Of a DNA stretch of 64,000 nt, positions 12,187-25,107 are shown piece after piece (position 1 is the first letter of the stretch; the number at the start of each line of letters is the position of its first letter). The notes below the pieces were generated by a model. It did no database searches, had not been told where the DNA came from, and was given only the letters and a program-made list of their open reading frames with translations. This DNA comes from Lingula anatina (lineage: Eukaryota > Animalia > Brachiopoda). The translations under genes and the position numbers were made by a program. The stretch covers positions 13,020,001 through 13,084,000 of the forward strand of contig CM120641.1 of the NCBI GenBank assembly GCA_051362555.1. The letters run 5' to 3'.

Positions 12187-12895
12187 TCATGATTTACATA
12201 TTCCCCAGTCACTGTAGTCTTTGTCTTTTATTTTATTATCAGAGTTCCATGAATCCACAGTAAAATAATAAGCTAGAAAAGATGGAATAAAAAATTCTGA
12301 TAAAATCAAGCCCAATATGGTGATTTCATATATAAACTACCATTTTTAATGATTGTTGTAAAACAAAAAGTTATTTTGACAAAAAATTAAACCAATATCT
12401 CATTAAAATATAGTGTAAATGATTAGCTTCTATTAAATGATATAAAAACTAAACTACAATGTACTGCAGTATGTATACACAATTACCTTCAAGAAGCCGA
12501 GGAACATTGTGATATGCTCTTTTTCTCATCTCTAAAATACAGAAAAAAAATCAAATGCTGTAAGCTTTAAAATTTTTGACTTCTGCTTTACAAAGTATAT
12601 TTGCCAATTGTTGCAGACAATGAACAAATTTGTGTGTAAACTTGGCGTATTACTTTATAAGTGGCGGCCAAAACAACATGCACTTAAATGGAAGCACCTC
12701 GTTAAAAAAAAAGATGAAAAATTGTGTTCTTAAATAATCCAATATATATATATACTGTATATAATCACCTTGCGACTTGTGCAGTGCATTAAATCCAAGG
12801 TAAACTGCTCCCATAAAAACCAATTCTACAAATAAAATTCTCTTGGAAAGTTGCACTGGGTCCCTTTTATGTTTCTTTTTTTGATACATGAGCAT
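12187..12895 (-). CDS. CEBPZOS: CEBPZOS-like small membrane protein, 85 aa
   Basis: Exons 12895-12769, 12531-12487, 12272-12187 join in frame: MLMYQKKKHKRDPVQLSKRILFVELVFMGAVYLGFNALHKSQEMRKRAYHNVPRLLEAYYFTVDSWNSDNKIKDKDYSDWGICKS. Matches the CEBPZOS pattern as recalled (E-L-V...Y..F...H.SQ..R...P..LE.YY...D...W). Confidence 0.82.
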
Positions 12896-13519
12896 GATGG
12901 CTACTGGCTCGATAAGTTTTATCAAGATGTCAGGTAAATAGCAGAGAAAGTTATAAAATGTTCACAGCTCTCTTGTAGAAGGAGGTGAAATGTGACGAGG
13001 TAAGAGGTATGTTTGTAATGATGGTTTATTTTCAAACAAAAGTATATATTGTACTTAAAAACAACATTAAAGCCCAGTGGCTAATGTATACAGCGTGGGG
13101 TTTAATGTAATAACCTGACACTTTTATTTTATAGGACACAGCGTTTTTGCTTCTTAAAACTGGATACAACTTTATAAATTATATTATTCATTTTAAACCT
13201 GAGGAGTCGGCCATGCTAACAGCTTTGGATAGGTAACGATCCAAATGTTAAAACGCACTTTTTGATTTCTAAAAAATAAACATGCAATTTAACCATGGGT
13301 CATTTAGATTAAATTGATGTTTAGGGATTTTATAACCATTGTGCGACATTTCAAGCTTGGTTGAAAGGGATTGCTAACGTTATCTCTGCTGCTTACCTTT
13401 TCAGTTTTTCATAGATTGATTTGCATGACCTAGGTTTCTTATTTGATTGCCAGCTTTTTGTGAGTTTGTGATGCTTATTGTGTCTTGAAATATGTCTTAA
13501 TGCATTTCAGGCTGTCAAC
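12896..13519. promoter_or_regulatory. Bidirectional promoter / 5'UTR region of CEBPZOS-like and MRPS12
   Basis: Divergent ATGs 625 bp apart; acceptor TTTCAG at 13510 implies an upstream MRPS12 exon (candidate donors at 12934, 13000, 13233). Confidence 0.6.
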
Positions 13520-14932
13520 ATGAATAACGTATCAGCGTTTGTTGGAAAATTCCTGCAGATGTCGGCCTCTCTATCCTCTAGGATAATGGGTAATCATGTT
13601 TTCAGCCTCAGATATCTAATGACATTCACAATGAAACGGGTCTTATAAACAAGACAGTGAAACACAGTGCAATACACTAGAAAAAACATGTCCAGTGGCA
13701 AGTAAACACAGGAAATGGTCATTCACAAGAAAATAAGGTGTATCTTTGATACAAGTTGGCAAAATCAGTACAATTTGTTAAATTTGGGCGTTCACCATAT
13801 TTCCAAGAAGAGCCACCAGCCAACATTGCCGATGACCCATCAATAAATGAGTCGTGCAAATTTGTTAAGTTGCATCAACAATATCAATTACCTTTTAATT
13901 TTATATTTCGTTTCTATATTGCCCTGTTTTCATGCAAGTGACCATTTTCTGTTATATACTTGCAACTTGTTTTTTCAAGTGTATTGCATTGTGTTGCACC
14001 AAATTGTGCATTTGTGGTACACTGACATTGAGTAAATATCTTTCATCCATGATCCTATGTTCCATCAGACTGTAAATGTTCCATCTGTTTTATACCAAGA
14101 GCATAATGATAATAGTTATATAATTAATAAATTTATTAAGATACCTGACCTTAATATTATCATATGTTAATCATCTTGTAAATAGGTGCATACTCGTCCT
14201 ATGTGTACTGTGGATATCATTGTATGTCATTTTTACTGTATCGCTGCATGGAATTCTATATAGTTTTTTTTTTTTTTAAGTTCAAACTTTTCTTGAGAAG
14301 AATCGCTTATGACCTTTCACATAAGAATTGAAAATAATGATTATCTTATTAATGTTACAGGCATGGCACACCAGAGGTTGCCCTTATTCAGGCTATCCTC
14401 TTTAAAACCAGATGGAAATATTATGATGATTTGTAGAACTTCCACTACCCAAAATCAGATATGCAGAATTGGATTAACAAGGCCTAATGGATGTTTGAAC
14501 TCATTTGGTCATAAAATTATGCCTCTGAATCAGATGCATGGTAGGACACATTTTCAAACAATATTACAACTGAGCACACCTTCCCGCAGCATGACAACAT
14601 TGAATCAGATGCATAGACAAGCGCGTCCCAAACCTAAGAAAAAGAATTCCATACAAAAAGCCATGATGGGAAAACCAGCAATGAAGGCTGTTGTTCTAAA
14701 ACCTATTATACGTAAACCAAAAAAGCCTAACTCAGCCAACAGGAAATGTGTCAAAGTACGGCTGATGAGTGGAAAAGAGGTGATTGCCTATATCCCTGGG
14801 GTAGGAAATAATCTCCAGGAACATCATTTGGTACTTGTAAGGGGCAAGGGCCCCAAAGACTTGGCAGGAGTGAATTTCACATGCATGCGTGGACAGCTTG
14901 ATCTTGGTCTTCCACAAAAAAAGAAGTTATGA
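13520..14932 (+). CDS. MRPS12: Mitochondrial small-subunit ribosomal protein S12 (uS12m), 213 aa
   Basis: Exons 13520-13589 and 14361-14932 (phase 1). Contains MTTLNQMHR, the uS12 signature [11 protein letters not shown], and YIPG.G.NLQEH; N-terminus resembles a mitochondrial presequence. Confidence 0.93.
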
Positions 14933-15082
14933 GAAGTTTTAAAATGACAGTAATCATGAAAATTACGAATATTTGGTGAAATGCAAATTAAAAAAGTATT
15001 GTAATGGGACTTATTTCACTTTTGTATACCAACAATGATAATCCATCTGGACCTGTTATAATGAAATTATAATGAAATTATC

Positions 15083-15088
15083 AATAAA
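15083..15088 (+). terminator. Candidate polyadenylation signal of MRPS12
   Basis: AATAAA about 150 nt after the stop codon. Confidence 0.5.
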
Positions 15089-15315
15089 CATATAACAAAA
15101 CTTGGTCAAGAAAACTTAAAGGAGTTGTGATGAGCTTAGAGTTATCATTTTTGTGTTATTTATTCAATACATAAACTTAATGCAACATGTAACACTTTTG
15201 ATCTATGGGCCATTTTAATGGTCATGTCAGTGGTGAATCATAGTTGGTATCTACCAGTACCCTATATCACTGAAGAAACACTAGTCATAGTTCATCTTTT
15301 TGATAGTTGCAAGTC

Positions 15316-15453
15316 TTGGCCCTGGTTTCAGAAAAAAAAAAAAACAACAAGTCAGTTTCCTTGCTGAAGATGTATGCATGTGACCATGTAACATTGGTAG
15401 CAAAGATGTTAGTCACTGGAACTGACTCCAGTTTTTTGTGAAACTGGGGCCTG
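15316..15453. mobile_element. Short degenerate MITE
   Basis: Inverted ends GGCCCTGGTTTCAGAAAAAA and TTTTTTGTGAAACTGGGGCC. Confidence 0.5.
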
Positions 15454-17181
15454 ACTTGCCAATGATACCGCTATGATTTTATCTAAAATGACCTCCGATC
15501 TTAAATGGGAAGCGTTTGGGTCATCTGGTTGCCCTGGGTCTAATGAGTCTAAAGTTTGTTTTGGGGCTAATATCTTAGTCTAATTACATTGCGTTTCACA
15601 TAGAATCTTAAAGGCTTTTTACCTTGATCTTTCAGTTTTGAAAGTAAGCCCAAAGACCAAATATCATATCCTAGTCCTACCCTCTACCAGGACAACTGAT
15701 TGATTTTTCACAAGAAATTCACAGATGTGTCTTTAGATAGATAGATAGATAGACAGTCATTTGGGTCTCTGTCATGCGAATGTGAAAAATGTATGTACAA
15801 TATTTGCCACCCTGGTAGAGGGTATCCAAGTCCTACTTTAAAGCAGGATAAAGCTACAGCTTCTCACTGAAACCAAGCACCTGAGAGAATACACAACACT
15901 TTTTAAGTAGAAAGTATCTTCTTTATAATATTTGTTATCAGTCTGATTAACTGATCAAGATCATCCTTCACTTTCAATAAAAATTTTATTTCGAAATGTT
16001 ATGCATGTTGGCTCATTGTTTGCCCTTCATATTATCATTATCACAAACCTTCTTAAAACAATTACTAAGACTATAAATTTGGATGAAAAATACAGCATCC
16101 TTTGAAGGTGATCCTGTTGTAAGTGTGTGATTTTGAACTATCATGAAGGGAAAATTGTAACAAGTGGTCAGTGACAAAAATTATGACAGGACCTGGGTTG
16201 GTTCATTCTATCATTGCATCAAAATGGACAAAAACTCTATTTTGTGCACTTTTAACATTCTGGCATTTTCTGTGTGCAAATTTGAACTCTCATGGGCCTG
16301 AAACCATATGCTTGTTACAAATTTTTGATATCTATGTTACTGTTGTGTACAATTTAAATTTGGTATTGATTTTGGTGTTAAGCACAATGTAATTTTTCAT
16401 TAGAATTGACAAAAATTCTATTTTGTGCACCACCACTAAAGGAAAACCATGTTTCTTATTGTGCTCACACTTGCAATTGTGATTCTTATGAATAAAACAG
16501 AAGGAAACCCAGCTCAATTAGTTTTTTTTTCAGGTTTTTAAAATAATTTTTTTCACAAGTCAAGATTTTCAGGGTTATGAATTTAAACTCTAATGAGCCT
16601 GAAGGCCTGCCTATGCCAGCTTCATATTCTTCATGTCCATGTTACCTGATATGCAAAATTAGAATTTTGCGTTGATTTTGCTGTTATGCATGTAATAATT
16701 AATCAAAGTTGACAATTAAATAACCCATTTTGTGCATCATTTTCTGCTTTGTCTGTACATTTGACTGCTTTGTTTACATTTTTATTATATTTATTTCATT
16801 TGTGTGTATGTGTGAATCTGTGCTCTCATACATAAAACTGAATGAAAAAAATTCTAGCTGTTTAGATAGTGAACTTTTAAAACCATTCCAAAAATAAACT
16901 GTATTGTGCAACTTGAAGTATTTATACCTCTTCTGTGAATGACTCTTATTTTCACAGAAGTTGAGGCTTTGGAGCAATTTCCTGTTAGCCATTATCAGAT
17001 AATTGATTTTATGAGGATGGAAATGTAACAATACTTAAGTAGATACATTGATGTAAATTTTTTTCTGTAACACACTTTAATACTTTTTGTCCATTTAGTT
17101 CAGGTTATTAAATGTCCAAACATTAATCAGAAGAGAAGAAATTTTATTCAAATGATGTTCAACCAAATGGTTGATCAATAA

Positions 17182-17430
17182 GAGACCATTCCCACAGATT
17201 TTTAGATTGATCTTTCCACCTGGGGAGTCTCACTAGATTGCTGTCATCTGGATCGACCTAACTACCTGGGGGTTCATGCTAAATTGCTGTCAGCCGAGCA
17301 CGCATGGAAGTTAATTACCCCCTTACAGCTTTTAGTAGGCAGGACAGACATTTAAGCCGGCTAAGCTGACAGCAATCTAGTGAGACTCCTTACAGGGATA
17401 GATCTGTCTAAAATCTGTGGGAATGCAGTC
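17182..17430. mobile_element. MITE family A copy 1 (PIF/Harbinger-like)
   Basis: Ends GAGACCATTCCCACAGAT...ATCTGTGGGAATGCAGTC, flanked by TAA/TTA; homologous to 56780-57004 and 18227-18486. Confidence 0.82.
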
Positions 17431-18226
17431 TTAAAGGTGAACATGTTAAGCAGTTTATTTGCAAAGTTTTACCATGAAAAGAATGTATTTGTCATGATTT
17501 TATAACACATTGCCCCTCTTTTAGACGAGATGCTATGAAATGCAACCTAACTAGTAGAAGTTAAGTGGATCTAAGCCCCCTTTCCCCTTCTGCAATCATA
17601 TGTAGATGTAACACCAAAATGCAAAATATGTCACCCAAAGGTTTTCATGAGCCAACGTGCTAGATTTTTCATTTTCAGAACTAAAAGTGTAAGCTTATCT
17701 AGCAACAGAAAATGTGGCAATATCAGTAGAAAACTTCTTGGGGTCTGCAATTTGGACTGCAGGATTCATTTTACAACCAAAACAACCTGTGTCTAATTTT
17801 ATTCTTTATTGTTCAATAAGTTACCACTTGTTTTGTACAAAATGTACAGTCAGTAAAGAAACATTTCAGAGCTGTGTCTAAAATAATGCTTCCCTTCCTT
17901 GTTTTAAACATAAATACAATTTAGATACAATCTTGATTGCACCATGCATAGAGTTGACCATAGATTATGTGTGAAAAAATACTCAATTTTTTTTAAAAAC
18001 ATCACTTGTGAAATAGATGTCCAGTTACAGAAATATTCAACAAAATAAGAAAATTGTTAGATTTTTAAAATTCATATTTAGTGTACTTGTTACACTGACA
18101 TTTTCACTCATTTTGTATAACTCCATATTATATTACTGTTAGGCTACTAACTTTAGAGATAGGTCTAATATTACTTTTACTTTGGTTCACATTGCCTTAC
18201 TTCTTTTTCTTAACATTACAACACAG

Positions 18227-18486
18227 AGACCATTCCCAGACCCTATCGTACTAACTGTGGATCGATCGATCTATCTACTAGTGGATTCTCACTGAATTGC
18301 TATCAACTTAAGGGGCTTAAATGTCTGTCACACCTACTGAAGCTGCTAGGGAGTATTTAATTATCGTTAAGCAGCTTCAGCAGGCGTGCCAGACATCTAA
18401 GCCGCTTAAGCTTAAACCAATTTAGCAAGAATCCCTCGGAGATAGATCGATCTTGTCAGATCAATCTAGGTATGGGAACCCAGTCA
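18227..18486. mobile_element. MITE family A copy 2 (diverged)
   Basis: GAGACCATTCCCA...TGGGAACCCAGTC ends; internal palindromic arms GCTTAAATGTCTG / CAGACATCTAAGC shared with the other copies. Confidence 0.75.
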
Positions 18487-20275
18487 AAGTGTTTGTTTCA
18501 GTATTCAACTCTTTAACACATTTACTAAAAAATCTGGAAATCATTACCTCTGGTTAACAAGTTTATCTGGAGTTTCTTGGCAAAGGGTCACATGTTTTTT
18601 AAGAATTTTCTCAGATAACCATTTTTCCATCTCTTTATTATTAAAGCTTTTATATAAAGGGCTACTATTTTTTCATAATTTTATCATTAGGCAGACCTTT
18701 TGCTTGAAAGTACATAAAACTATGGGGTTATGTACAAGGTCCAATCGGAAATGAACCCTTTACAATGGTCATTAGCTAGCCTGTGTATTACAAAATCAAC
18801 AATGTGAATCATTTGATATTGCACAAGCAGGTAAGAAAACGCACATAAAACATACTGAGAAAATGTTAAGTAATAAAATACTATATGTACACTTACATAA
18901 CAGACTGCTAACAGAGATTTACACATTTGTTTCATTACCTTTGACTTATATGAAAAGTACAATTAATTTTATTGTGGTCTTTGGTTTGTCAGTATTATGT
19001 GATTAAACATATCACCAAATGGTAAGTTACAAACAAATGACCATAAATTTTTGTAATTCAAATCAAATTCTTAATTCAACATTATTTTAGCAATTTTGTT
19101 TAATTTTAAGGATTCATCCATTAGATTATATTCATTCCATTTAGCTTAGTTGTTCAACAACTACTGTCTTTCAGATTAAAATGAAATGTTTTAGCAGATA
19201 ATTCAATATTAGCTCTTGCAATTTTTTCAAAATCAAGGGGAGACAGTGGTCAAAAACATTTTCATATAAAGTCAAACAGAATTTATGTTCAAGATCATAT
19301 GAGTAAAAATATTTTTAGTCATAAACTGAATTTTAATGATTAAACTGCATGCAAAATGATCATACTAGTTTTATAAAATCGAATGCAGAACTCGTCAACT
19401 GTGGATGAAATAATTCACTTCTTAATGAAAGAAACTTAAGGAATGGTAACACATGAATTTTTGTGACTCATTTAAGAAATACTCTTGAACTTTTGAAAAA
19501 GACATTCACAAATGAAACATATCAAAAACATTATATAGCATGACAACAACAACTTAATATTTGGTGAATAATGGGGCAATTACGTAAAAAATAGAATGAA
19601 ATGACTAAATAAAAAAAAACAAATCACGAACTGTACAATGATGATGAGTAAAAAAAAGATCTGTACATCTATGTACAAGGCCATAACTAATTCACATTCA
19701 ACAAAAAGGGGCACCCAAAATAAGATCTATTATTCAAGAATACAATAGGACTATCACAATCTCATGTTAAGTCCAGTGAAAATTGAAAAAAAAAAAAAGA
19801 AACTTTACTAAAACCAAGGCTAAAGTAACCAGCAAACAAGTCACCTAACTGTTTAGATAATCTTAAGATACTAAAACTGTCTATTAAAACTGCAAGGTAC
19901 TAAATGTGTGCTCCACATTAGTATCTGTCCTGATCTATAAGTCCTAATATCTAGCTACTCATATCTACTTTTCTGATATATCCAGGCAGCTAGTGCAATA
20001 CCACACCAACTTATAACCCAGCTATCATTAATACTGTGGAGAATAAGATGCTCTAGTAAAATTACGGCTCACTAAAGCACTGTCTGCCAGAGCAACCTAG
20101 TTTGCCAACAAAACATGACGATGAGAAATCAACAAATACAAAAATAGTCAACAATATCTTCACAAAAAATGAACTGACATATACTTGTCAACAACTTAAG
20201 TTTACAGGGTTCTGTACAGTTAATAAATAACACACTACCAGTATACACAAGAATCACTTGACTCTAACATAACTG

Positions 20276-23083
20276 CTACACAACTATTTCTTCTCCATGA
20301 CTTGGGTGGTGACCACGACCCCTGTTTAAAGTTCTTGAGATCTCTATGTTACTCTCCTTTTTCCTTATTGGCTTTTTTAATGGAGGATCTTCAGGAAAGC
20401 TGCTCGAACTGTCAGTATTATGGTCTTTATGTAAGTATGAGTGCCCTCCTCTCCTTGGGCTTTTTTCATATTTTTCTAAATTATACTCAATAAGTTCTGT
20501 GGTGTTTGTTCCTGAAGTTGTTCCTCCACCTTTGTCTGTTTCAAACAGTGGATTTCTATATCTGCGTAGATTGTCCTCAATTTCCAAGTTTGTTTCATTG
20601 TTTCTGAATTCTGTGCTTGTTGAGGACGAATTCTTGTGTGCACGTTTCTGCTTCCTGCGCCTGTGCCACACAATCAGTACAATTATTGCAACTATTCCCA
20701 TTAGACCGATTATAGAACAGATTACTGGGATTAAATAAGTACTACCTGAAAAGGGAGAAAAAAGATAAATATAAATATTTGTAAAGACAATTTGAGATTG
20801 CAATAGATGTGCCTTCATTCTATTAAATACTGGTAATTTGTCAAATGTTTCAGTCAATTGTTTTTTAATATCACGTTGCAACTATTTTCCCAAAAATCTC
20901 GTAACTATTGTTATTGCTGTTTTTGTTAGTAAAAAAATATAACATTAGAATTACATAATACTAACCTTATATTTCTTTATTAACATAAATTTATCATTAA
21001 ATAATAAACATATGTTTATTAGTATAAGCTGATTTGTTACAAAGGCAATGTCCTGACACGTTAAAGTATATAGTTGCAACATTGGAGGTATAATATACAA
21101 ATCATGCATTATCAAATATATGGAATACATAAAAATACTTCATAGAATGCAATGTGATAGGGCATGGCACATTCATTTTAGACTTACTTTTATCTACAGT
21201 TTTATTAATGATTGTTGTCTCTAATTTGACCTCCACAACAGCTACCAGGGCACTGCTGTTGCTCATACGATTGCTTATGACATCCGACATATCTTCTGCT
21301 GCTCTGTGGACAAATGGCTTTGACTTCACAGAGTCTGCAGGTTGGGATTCAGCTGACGACTCATATGGGGTGGACTGGAACAAGGAGAAGAATAAACTCA
21401 TGTTTTTCTTATCAACATTTGGATTAAGTCAATGAAAAATTGATTTTCATGAGAAATCAGCTTTTTGTCAGATATACATCTTGCAAAGGACATTACATTA
21501 TGTTATAGCTCTTATCAAATCATATCTATATGTATTATCAATAATGAATCCTGTTCACGAAACTTCAAGTCTTCACCTGCAAAATGCAACAATCACAATA
21601 CAGCTTTTATAATTTCTTTCAATGATAAAAGACAAGCATACATCACAAGACCTTTCTAAATAAGATACTCAATATGAAACTAACCACTGTTATTTCAATG
21701 GCATCATTTTGGCCACTCTTGATAGCACATAATATCACTATTGTTTTTTCTTGGCTGAGAGTTTTTACAATTGGCAACTGGCGAATACTATTGCAAATGC
21801 CCTCCACTGATATGCCCTGTAACATAAAGATAATATGTAATATGTGACTACCAACTTCACAAAGTTGGGAGACTATTGTTTATAATAATATTGTGATACC
21901 ATAAAAATCATAAAGTCCAATGGAACCTTTAAAAGTCTTAAACTATTCTCATGCCAAATCTACCAGTAAATTGCTCCAGACTGATGGCAAGTGTTACAGA
22001 TATATTTGAAAGCTTTTAAAAAATTTTAACAAGTGCATCCAATTATCTGATAAATTAATTAACAGATCGACCTATTAATTCTCAAAACCAAACCAATAAA
22101 AATATCTGATAAATCTTTTATTTCCAAAACATACTCACGGTTGGCATTTTTGATTTGTCAAAAACTAGGGTAATCTTGGCACAAGTATTACTTGGTTCTG
22201 CTGCGTTTGGCACGCACTGTGTGTTAACACCTGGAGGGATATAGGGGGCCTCTGAAGGTCCCTGGGGGGACGCTGAGTCAACACAATGTCCCCAGGGTAG
22301 GCAAGGAGGGGTGAAGCAGACTTTGTTGGTCTCTGCGATGCACCTCTGTCCAGCTGGGCATGCCTCCACTGGCTTTGAACTGTTTGGATGACTGAGACAA
22401 TTGAGCGGACCACACCACAGCTAAAATGGGGTTGAAAACCAATCATAATTTATTTGCATATATATATATAAGTTTTATACCTCTTCTACAAATGCCATCG
22501 TTACAAAACCAAATGGAATGAAAATGAAAGAAAATTTTACACTTGCAATCCTGTATGCTCAATATCTTTGATGATCACAAAGATTTGACAATTATTATCA
22601 ATGACTGGTTAATTAAAATTAATATGTGTCACTTCATCTACCTACATATATAACAAAATATGCACCATCACATACACTTTCAACTGATAAAGCATTTTTC
22701 TTTACCTTGGTGCACTGAACCACTCCATTATTGCACTTGCAGGAATTGCATTCATGTTCCCACGAAGAGTTATGTGAATATACACGACGGCTGTATGTAC
22801 ATGGCAAGGGGGCTGGCTGCTTCCCAATCACTAAAAGAATTTTAACAACTTGCATTCCTTGGCACACAGCCGATCTATATTTTTTGATACTATAAAAAAT
22901 ATTCTATCTAATAACTATTCTAACAATTACAAAATTTGACCATGCAGCCAATTCTTTCTGGAATCTGTAAACTTACAAATTAAATCTAGACATTCTTTTC
23001 AATATCATTTCCAATACAGTGATGAAATCCTCAAAACTGACTATTAACACTTCACCGTATGTATGCATACTCGTGCACATGTG

Positions 23084-23121
<38 letters not shown>

Positions 23122-25018
23122 TGCATGCACACACATGTCAATGTACCAGTGTATCATACTTACCCTCCTGACATTTGTCCCCTGTTCTCCCAGGAGGACA
23201 CAAGCACTTATATGACCCAATCTCATCTATACATGTGCTGCCATAGGAACAGGGATTGGAAAAACATTCATCTATATCTGTAATAGATATGGCAAGAATG
23301 TATCAATTTATATGGCAAAGAATTTAACACATGCAAGGAACAAGTTTTGACAAGAAGTGAAAACCACTTCAAAATCCTAATCAGCAGGATCCTCTATTAA
23401 ATCAAGTCAACCGTTAAAAATCAGAGTCAAGGATATCTGCACAAACTGAGACAGAGGCAAAGGCATCTTCAACATATAATAGAAAAAATGACAATGCTAT
23501 GAGCACAAGGAAGTAGTTTCTCATATAAGAGAAATCCAATATCCTATAATATGTTTTGCAACTGTTTATCATTTTCAAAACTTACTTATTCTGCAGTCAG
23601 GTCCAGCAAAGCCACTGCTGCACTGACACTGGTGCCAGTTTATACCATCTATGCACTTTGCTCCATTGTAACTGAAATACAGCACCATTTAAATATATCA
23701 TCACATTGTGTCCTATCAATGTATTTTCTAACAAATCATACAAACAAATCTTGAAAATAGAAAGTCTTTTATACTGTGCACACTATTTGCCTACTCAATT
23801 AACAAAAAAAGTGATTAAACTATATAATACATACAGTATAGCATTCTTGCAATGACTGCTGCAGTATGTAATGATGTCATAGCATAGGGGTGCTTTATTT
23901 TTAACAAAATCATGATTCTAGTTCTCACCAAGGGTATGGATTGCAGTCATTGATGTTTTCCCCACATGTCACCCCCTCAAATCCTTCCCTACAGATACAG
24001 GCAAAACTGTCACCAGAGTTGACACAGGTCCCACCATTGCTACAGGGGGACGAGTCACAGCTGTGGTTTTTAGCTGGAATCAATGTAAGCAAGATATTAA
24101 GAGCACATCTATTTTACAAAATATTAGCTTTAACAAAAAAGTAGTCTGATCATTTTATTCTCATTGACATCTTGTCCATGTAATCCTGTTTTCATATTTC
24201 TTAACTACACTGATTACTTATACAAATATGATTTCATTCAAATTATTATTTACTCTGAATAAAATATGGTAAACCAAAGCTCACTGCAACTTTAAAAAAT
24301 GTAATTTAATTTTAATTTTCACTAAAAAAAAGCTCACCTAGATGGCATGTCTGGCCCTCCCACTGAGGTGGGCACAAACATGTGAAAGTTTCCCCGAGAT
24401 CAATACAAGTGCCACTGTTGGAACAAGTGGAAGCATCACAATGGCTGTGCCCTGGAGAACGGAAAAACAACTTCTTAATTCCTTAACTCAAAGTCTAGAG
24501 GATATCTGTTGAAGTACAAAGTGTACTTAATTGATGGAAACATTTAAACATGTGATTTAAACATTACGCCCATGCACTTATCTAAGTAATCTAAGTAACA
24601 GTATGTTTAGCTATGTAATGTACAAATATTACTAACATTTGCTACAAACACGAGTATAATGACAAGTCAGGAAAATTTACAATACCAAATCTTTTCTGTG
24701 CTCATGTTACCAGCAGAAAGTTACTCACTGAGGTTACATCTTTTTCCTTTCCACCCATCTTTGCATAAACAAGTGAAATCATCCACCAGGTCCACACATG
24801 TACCATTATTACGACAAGGTAGGTTTTCACAGTCGTCTTTGTCTATAGAAATTACATGACATTAAATTAGAATCTAACTCAGCACATTCTGCAATTTTGT
24901 TTAAGTTAAGTTAATAAAGAATATTCACAGCACTTCTCTGATATGTAGTTGATAACAGCAAGAAGTGAGATTAGGCATTTTGTGACAAATTTAACAACTT
25001 AACAGAATATGGGTAAAG

Positions 25019-25107
<89 letters not shown>

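Noticed and set aside
11852-12217. 112-aa (-) and 79-aa (+) ORFs
   Set aside because: They lie in the presumed CEBPZOS-like 3'UTR with no recognisable domain. The - ORF ATG overlaps the CEBPZOS stop, but there is no further support.
14309-14360. 5' part of the 207-aa ORF as the MRPS12 start
   Set aside because: An acceptor TTACAG at 14360 and a phase-compatible upstream exon (13520-13589) indicate this stretch is intron.
20302-21435. + strand ORFs of 130 and 93 aa
   Set aside because: Antisense shadows of Jagged exons.
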